IMG/VR virus record: IMGVR_UViG_2778260991_000010
Coordinates: 1-8,430 of that record
Length of the DNA: 8,430 nt
DNA from: a virus
Lineage: Duplodnaviria; Heunggongvirae; Uroviricota; Caudoviricetes
Reading direction: 5' to 3' (one strand)
Numbering within the stretch: position 1 is the first letter of the stretch; every line of letters begins with the position of its first letter. The position numbers and the translations under genes were made by a program. Below the pieces are notes generated by a model. The model was not told the origin of the DNA. It ran no database searches and worked only from the letters and a program-made list of their open reading frames with translations. This document shows positions 4,538 through 8,430 of the stretch, piece by piece.

Positions 4538-7009
4538 ATGAATAAAGTCTTTATTTGTGCAGCTATTCCAGACGAACGGGCAATAAAGGAAGAAGGTGCA
4601 GTCGCTGTGGCCACTGCCATTGAAGCCGGTGACGAGCGCCGCGCCCGAGCCAAATTTACCTGGCAATTCCTGGAGCAATATCCGGCTGCTCAGGACTGCG
4701 CTTATAAATTTCTTGTCTGTGAGGATAAACCCGGCATGCCCCGCCCTGCCATTGACTCCTGGGATACCGAATATATGCAGGAAAACCGCTGGGATGAGGA
4801 ATGCGCTTCCTTTGCTCCGGTCGAACCAGAATCCGATCCGATGAACGTCAATTTTGACAAGCTGTCCCCTGAAGTACAGAACGCGGTCCTGGTTAAGTTC
4901 GGTACATGTGAAAACATCACCGTTGATATGGTGATTAGCGCGCAGGAATTGTTGCAGGAAGACATAGCAACATTCGACGGACATATCGTTGAAGCGTTGA
5001 TGAAAATGCCAGAAGTTAACGCCATGTATCCGGAGCTTAAGCTGCATACCATCGGGTGGGTTAAGCATAAATGTAAGCCTGGTGCCAAATGGCCCGAAAT
5101 TCAGGCAGAGATGCGCATCTGGAAAAAACGTCGCGAAGGTGAACGCAAGGAAACCGGGAAATACACGTCTGTTGTTGATCTCGCCCGCGCCAGAGCCAAT
5201 CAACAGAACACTGAAAATTCAACAGGAAAAATCAACCCGGTCATTGCTGCCACTCATCGCGAATACAAGCAGACATGGAAAACACTGGATGACGAACTGG
5301 CCTACGCTCTCTGGCCTGGTGACATTGATGCCGGAAACATTGACGGCAGCATCCATCGCTGGGCAAAAAATGAAGTTATCGACAACGACCGCGAAGACTG
5401 GAAGCGTATCTCGGCATCAATGCGCAAACAGCCTGATGCCCTTCGCTACGACTGCCAGACTATTTTTGGCCTTGTCCGTGAACGTCCGATCGACATTCAC
5501 AAAGACCCTGTAGCACTGAACAAATACATTACTGAATACCTGACTACAAAGGGCGTGTTTGAAGATGAAGGAAGAAATCAGAGCGCAACTGATACTCTCT
5601 CGTCGCCAGTACCAGAAACTGATGCAGTGGAAACGGCAATTCCGGACAACGAAAAAACCGAATGCAAAGTGGAAGTCGAACCATCTGTAGAGCGTGAGGG
5701 GCCGTTCTACTTCCTCTTCACCGACAAGGATGGCGAAAAATACGGTCGCGCAAACAAACTTTCTGGTCTGAATAAGGCGCTGACTGCAGGGGCTACTGAA
5801 ATCACGAAAGAAGAATATTTTGCCCGCAAAAACGGTACATACTCAGGTTCACAACAAAATACTGGTGCATCTGACACGACCGCACAACCAGAGCCGGTAA
5901 AAGTTACCGCTGACGAAGTAAACAAAATTATGCAGGCAGCCAATATCAGCCAGCCTGACGCCGATAAGTTGCTTGCTGCCTCTCGCGGAGAATTTGTTGC
6001 AGGGATTAGCGACCCGAATGATCCGAAATGGGTGAAGGGGATTGAAACCCGCGACTCTGTAAACCAGAACCAGCAAGAATCGGAACAGAACGACCAGAAA
6101 ACGGAACAAAACAGCCCAAATGCGTTACAAAACGAGCCAGAAACGAAACAGGTTGAACCAGTAGCGCAACAGGAGCCGGAAAAAGCCTGCACCGCCTGCG
6201 GTCAGACCGGCGGCAGTAGCTGCCCTGATTGTGGTGCGGTGATGGGTGACGCAACATACCAGGAAATATTCGATGAAGAGCATCAGCCTGAAGTTCAGGA
6301 AAATGATCCGGAGGAAATGGAAGGCACTGCGCATCAGCACAAGGAGAACACTGGCGGCAATCAGCATCATGCCAGCGATAGTGAAACTGGCGAGGCATCA
6401 GATCCCTTAATTAAGGCGAACGGTCATCATAATCTCACATCCACCAGCAGAGCGGAGATTCATCTGATGATCGACCTTGAAACCATGGGAAAAAATCCCG
6501 ATGCCCCGATTATCTCAATAGGCGCAATATTTTTCGATCCACAAACCGGAGATATGGGACCGGAATTTAGCAAGACCATCGATCTGGATACTGCTGGCGG
6601 AGTCATTGATCGTGACGTCATTAAATGGTGGCTTAAGCAATCACGCGAAGCGCAATCTGCCATTATGACCGATGAAATCCCGTTAGATGATGCACTGTTA
6701 CAATTGCGGGAATTTATCGACGAAAACTCCGGTGAATTTTTTGTTCAGGTCTGGGGAAATGGAGCCAACTTCGACAACACGATTTTGCGCCGTTCATACG
6801 AACGGCAGGGGATCCCCTGCCCGTGGCGTTACTACAACGATCGCGATGTACGCACAATCGTTGAGCTGGGGAAAGCCATAGACTTCGATGCCAGAACGGC
6901 TATTCCATTCGAAGGTGAGCGCCATAATGCACTTGATGACGCCCGTTACCAGGCAAAATACGTTTCAGCAATCTGGCAAAAACTGATCCCGAATCAGGCT
7001 GATTTTTAA
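4538..7009 (+). CDS. Large prophage exonuclease (823 aa): N-terminal exodeoxyribonuclease VIII-like region, acidic Q/E/N-rich linker with a CxxC-x7-CxxC zinc ribbon, C-terminal DEDDh 3'-5' exonuclease domain
   Basis: ATG at 4538 preceded by GAGGT. C-terminal motifs IDLETMG, WGNGANFDNTIL and HNALDDARYQAKY are typical of DnaQ-like DEDDh exonucleases. Zinc ribbon CTACGQTGGSSCPDC is encoded at 6188-6232. Sits where recE/ydfE-like genes lie in Rac/Qin-type prophages. Internal minus-strand ORFs (4511..5203 and others) are antisense shadows. Confidence 0.7.
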   Translation: MNKVFICAAIPDERAIKEEGAVAVATAIEAGDERRARAKFTWQFLEQYPAAQDCAYKFLVCEDKPGMPRPAIDSWDTEYMQENRWDEECASFAPVEPESDPMNVNFDKLSPEVQNAVLVKFGTCENITVDMVISAQELLQEDIATFDGHIVEALMKMPEVNAMYPELKLHTIGWVKHKCKPGAKWPEIQAEMRIWKKRREGERKETGKYTSVVDLARARANQQNTENSTGKINPVIAATHREYKQTWKTLDDELAYALWPGDIDAGNIDGSIHRWAKNEVIDNDREDWKRISASMRKQPDALRYDCQTIFGLVRERPIDIHKDPVALNKYITEYLTTKGVFEDEGRNQSATDTLSSPVPETDAVETAIPDNEKTECKVEVEPSVEREGPFYFLFTDKDGEKYGRANKLSGLNKALTAGATEITKEEYFARKNGTYSGSQQNTGASDTTAQPEPVKVTADEVNKIMQAANISQPDADKLLAASRGEFVAGISDPNDPKWVKGIETRDSVNQNQQESEQNDQKTEQNSPNALQNEPETKQVEPVAQQEPEKACTACGQTGGSSCPDCGAVMGDATYQEIFDEEHQPEVQENDPEEMEGTAHQHKENTGGNQHHASDSETGEASDPLIKANGHHNLTSTSRAEIHLMIDLETMGKNPDAPIISIGAIFFDPQTGDMGPEFSKTIDLDTAGGVIDRDVIKWWLKQSREAQSAIMTDEIPLDDALLQLREFIDENSGEFFVQVWGNGANFDNTILRRSYERQGIPCPWRYYNDRDVRTIVELGKAIDFDARTAIPFEGERHNALDDARYQAKYVSAIWQKLIPNQADF

Positions 7010-7020
7010 TGTTCAACCCC

Positions 7021-7053
7021 GGTCGTCGCCCACCAGCTATAGTGGCGGCGACC
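7021..7053 (+). other. Stem-loop (10-bp stem including one G-U) between the exonuclease gene and xis
   Basis: GGTCGTCGCC (7021-7030) pairs with GGCGGCGACC (7044-7053) across a 13-nt loop. No downstream T-run, so not a canonical intrinsic terminator. Confidence 0.35.
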
Positions 7054-7073
7054 ATGATTAGCGAACGACGCTC

Positions 7074-7322
7074 ATGGCAAGACTTATTCTGCTCACTGAG
7101 TGGGCAAAAGAGGAATTCAGCGATCCGGTCCCTACTCCGGGCACGTTAAGTAAATACGCTAAAGCCGGAATGATATTTCCTCTCCCCAAAAAAGTTGGAA
7201 GACACTGGCGAGTGGATCCGCGAGCTCGCTTTGTCGGAATGGTAAACAAGCCGGAGGTGATCGCCACAGATCACCCTGCTTTGAAGAGGATACTGGAAGA
7301 TGGCGCGCCCGCGAAAATATAA
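7074..7322 (+). CDS. xis: Excisionase (lambda Xis-like)
   Basis: 82-aa ORF immediately upstream of int, overlapping it by 23 nt, as with lambda xis-int. Small basic DNA-binding-like protein (EWAKEEF...FPLPKKVGRHWRV). Weak ribosome-binding site, so the start is uncertain. Confidence 0.65.
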   Translation: MARLILLTEWAKEEFSDPVPTPGTLSKYAKAGMIFPLPKKVGRHWRVDPRARFVGMVNKPEVIATDHPALKRILEDGAPAKI

Positions 7323-8430
7323 AACCAATGTTCCGGGATTATCTCCGTATTTTGACAAAAGAAATAACAAAGTTTACTGGCGTTACAGGCATCCCATAAC
7401 AGGCAAAAATCACGGTCTCGGCAGTATTGACCAGAAACTGGCAGAAACTATTGCAGCAGAAGCGAACAGCCGTCTTGCCAGGCAGCAAATGGAACAAATG
7501 CTCAGTCTGCAGGAGAAAATTATTAATGATACCGGCGGTTCATCAACCGTTTCCATTTTTCTGAATAATTACAGAAAAATTCAACAGGAAAGATATGAAA
7601 ACGGAGAAATCAAACTCAACACGCTGAAACAGAAAGCGGCCCCTCTCAGGGTTTTTGATGAACGTTTTGGCACCAGACCGTTAGATGCCATAACCGTAAA
7701 GGATGTGGTATCGGTGCTGGAAGAGTACAAGTCCAGAGGACATAACAGAATGGGACAAATTTTCAGGAAGGTACTGATCGATGTTTTCCGGGAAGCTCAG
7801 CAAACGGGCGATGTCCCGCCAGGCTTTAACCCTGCAGAATCGGCAAAAAAACCACAGGTGCGGATATCAAGACAGCGACTAACTTTTGATGAGTGGACGA
7901 TGATTTATAACGCAGCGGAAAAGGATGGTTACTTTTTACAGCGCGGTATGCTGCTGGCACTGATGACAGGCCAGCGCCTTTCAGATATTTGCAAAATGCA
8001 ATTTTCGGATATCCGGGATGGTTATCTTCATGTCGAACAGCAAAAAACAGGAACCCGGATTGCCATCCCTCTGGCTCTGCGTTGCGATAAATTAAATCTC
8101 ACCCTGGATGATGTGGTGTCATCCTGTCGCGATTGCGTTCTTAGTCCGTGGCTATTGCACCATCATCACGCGAAAGGGACAGCTAAGCGCGGCGGGATGG
8201 TTAAGCCAGCAACGTTAACCGTTGCATTTAAAAAAGCGCGGGATTCTGTGGATTACAACTGGCGTGCTAATGGCACCCCACCCTCTTTCCATGAGCAGAG
8301 ATCTTTATCAGAGCGATTGTTCAGAGAGCAGGGAATTGATACCCAAATTTTGCTGGGTCATTCGAATCAAAAAATGACCGATATTTACAACGATGCACGC
8401 GGCAAGGAGTGGAAAAAACTGGTCATTTGA
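7300..8430 (+). CDS. int: Tyrosine-type site-specific integrase, lambda Int family
   Basis: 376-aa ORF with GAGGA upstream. Clear similarity to lambda Int from memory: YVEQQKTGTRIAIP, PPSFHEQRSLSERL, and the C-terminal LLGHSNQKMTDIYNDARGKEW carrying the catalytic His and Tyr. Stop codon is at the window end. Confidence 0.9.
   Translation: MARPRKYKTNVPGLSPYFDKRNNKVYWRYRHPITGKNHGLGSIDQKLAETIAAEANSRLARQQMEQMLSLQEKIINDTGGSSTVSIFLNNYRKIQQERYENGEIKLNTLKQKAAPLRVFDERFGTRPLDAITVKDVVSVLEEYKSRGHNRMGQIFRKVLIDVFREAQQTGDVPPGFNPAESAKKPQVRISRQRLTFDEWTMIYNAAEKDGYFLQRGMLLALMTGQRLSDICKMQFSDIRDGYLHVEQQKTGTRIAIPLALRCDKLNLTLDDVVSSCRDCVLSPWLLHHHHAKGTAKRGGMVKPATLTVAFKKARDSVDYNWRANGTPPSFHEQRSLSERLFREQGIDTQILLGHSNQKMTDIYNDARGKEWKKLVI

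Noticed and set aside
4511-5203. 230-aa minus-strand ORF (and further minus ORFs at 4702..5088, 5707..6398, 6460..6663) inside the exonuclease gene
   Set aside because: All lie antisense within the 823-aa exonuclease ORF, which has clear domain motifs. Long antisense ORFs are common in GC-balanced coding DNA.
8400-8430. Phage attachment site downstream of int
   Set aside because: The window ends at the int stop codon, so no att core or arm sites can be assessed.

Overview
This window is the immunity and early-left arm of a Qin-like (dicA/dicB-type) lambdoid prophage, running from the replication gene to the integrase stop. Minus strand: a replication initiator (5' part, runs off the window start) with an iteron-type origin embedded in its linker, then a ydaT-like gene, then a cro-like dicC. 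A divergent control region carries a repeated operator-like palindrome. Plus strand: dicA-like repressor, then the dicB operon (ydfA, ydfB interrupted by an in-frame TAA, ydfC, DicF sRNA with terminator, dicB, ydfD), an intact 823-aa exonuclease, xis and a lambda-type int. The best candidate for something undescribed is a ~650-bp AT-rich segment (about 38-40% GC against about 50-58% on either side) sitting between ydfC and the GC-rich spacer upstream of DicF. It carries two orphan ORFs that converge and overlap by 23 bp at their 3' ends: a 135-aa ORF co-oriented with the operon, and a 77-aa ORF antisense to it with a strong AGGAGG ribosome-binding site. I recognise neither protein. All family assignments rest on reading the translations and on gene order, not on any search.
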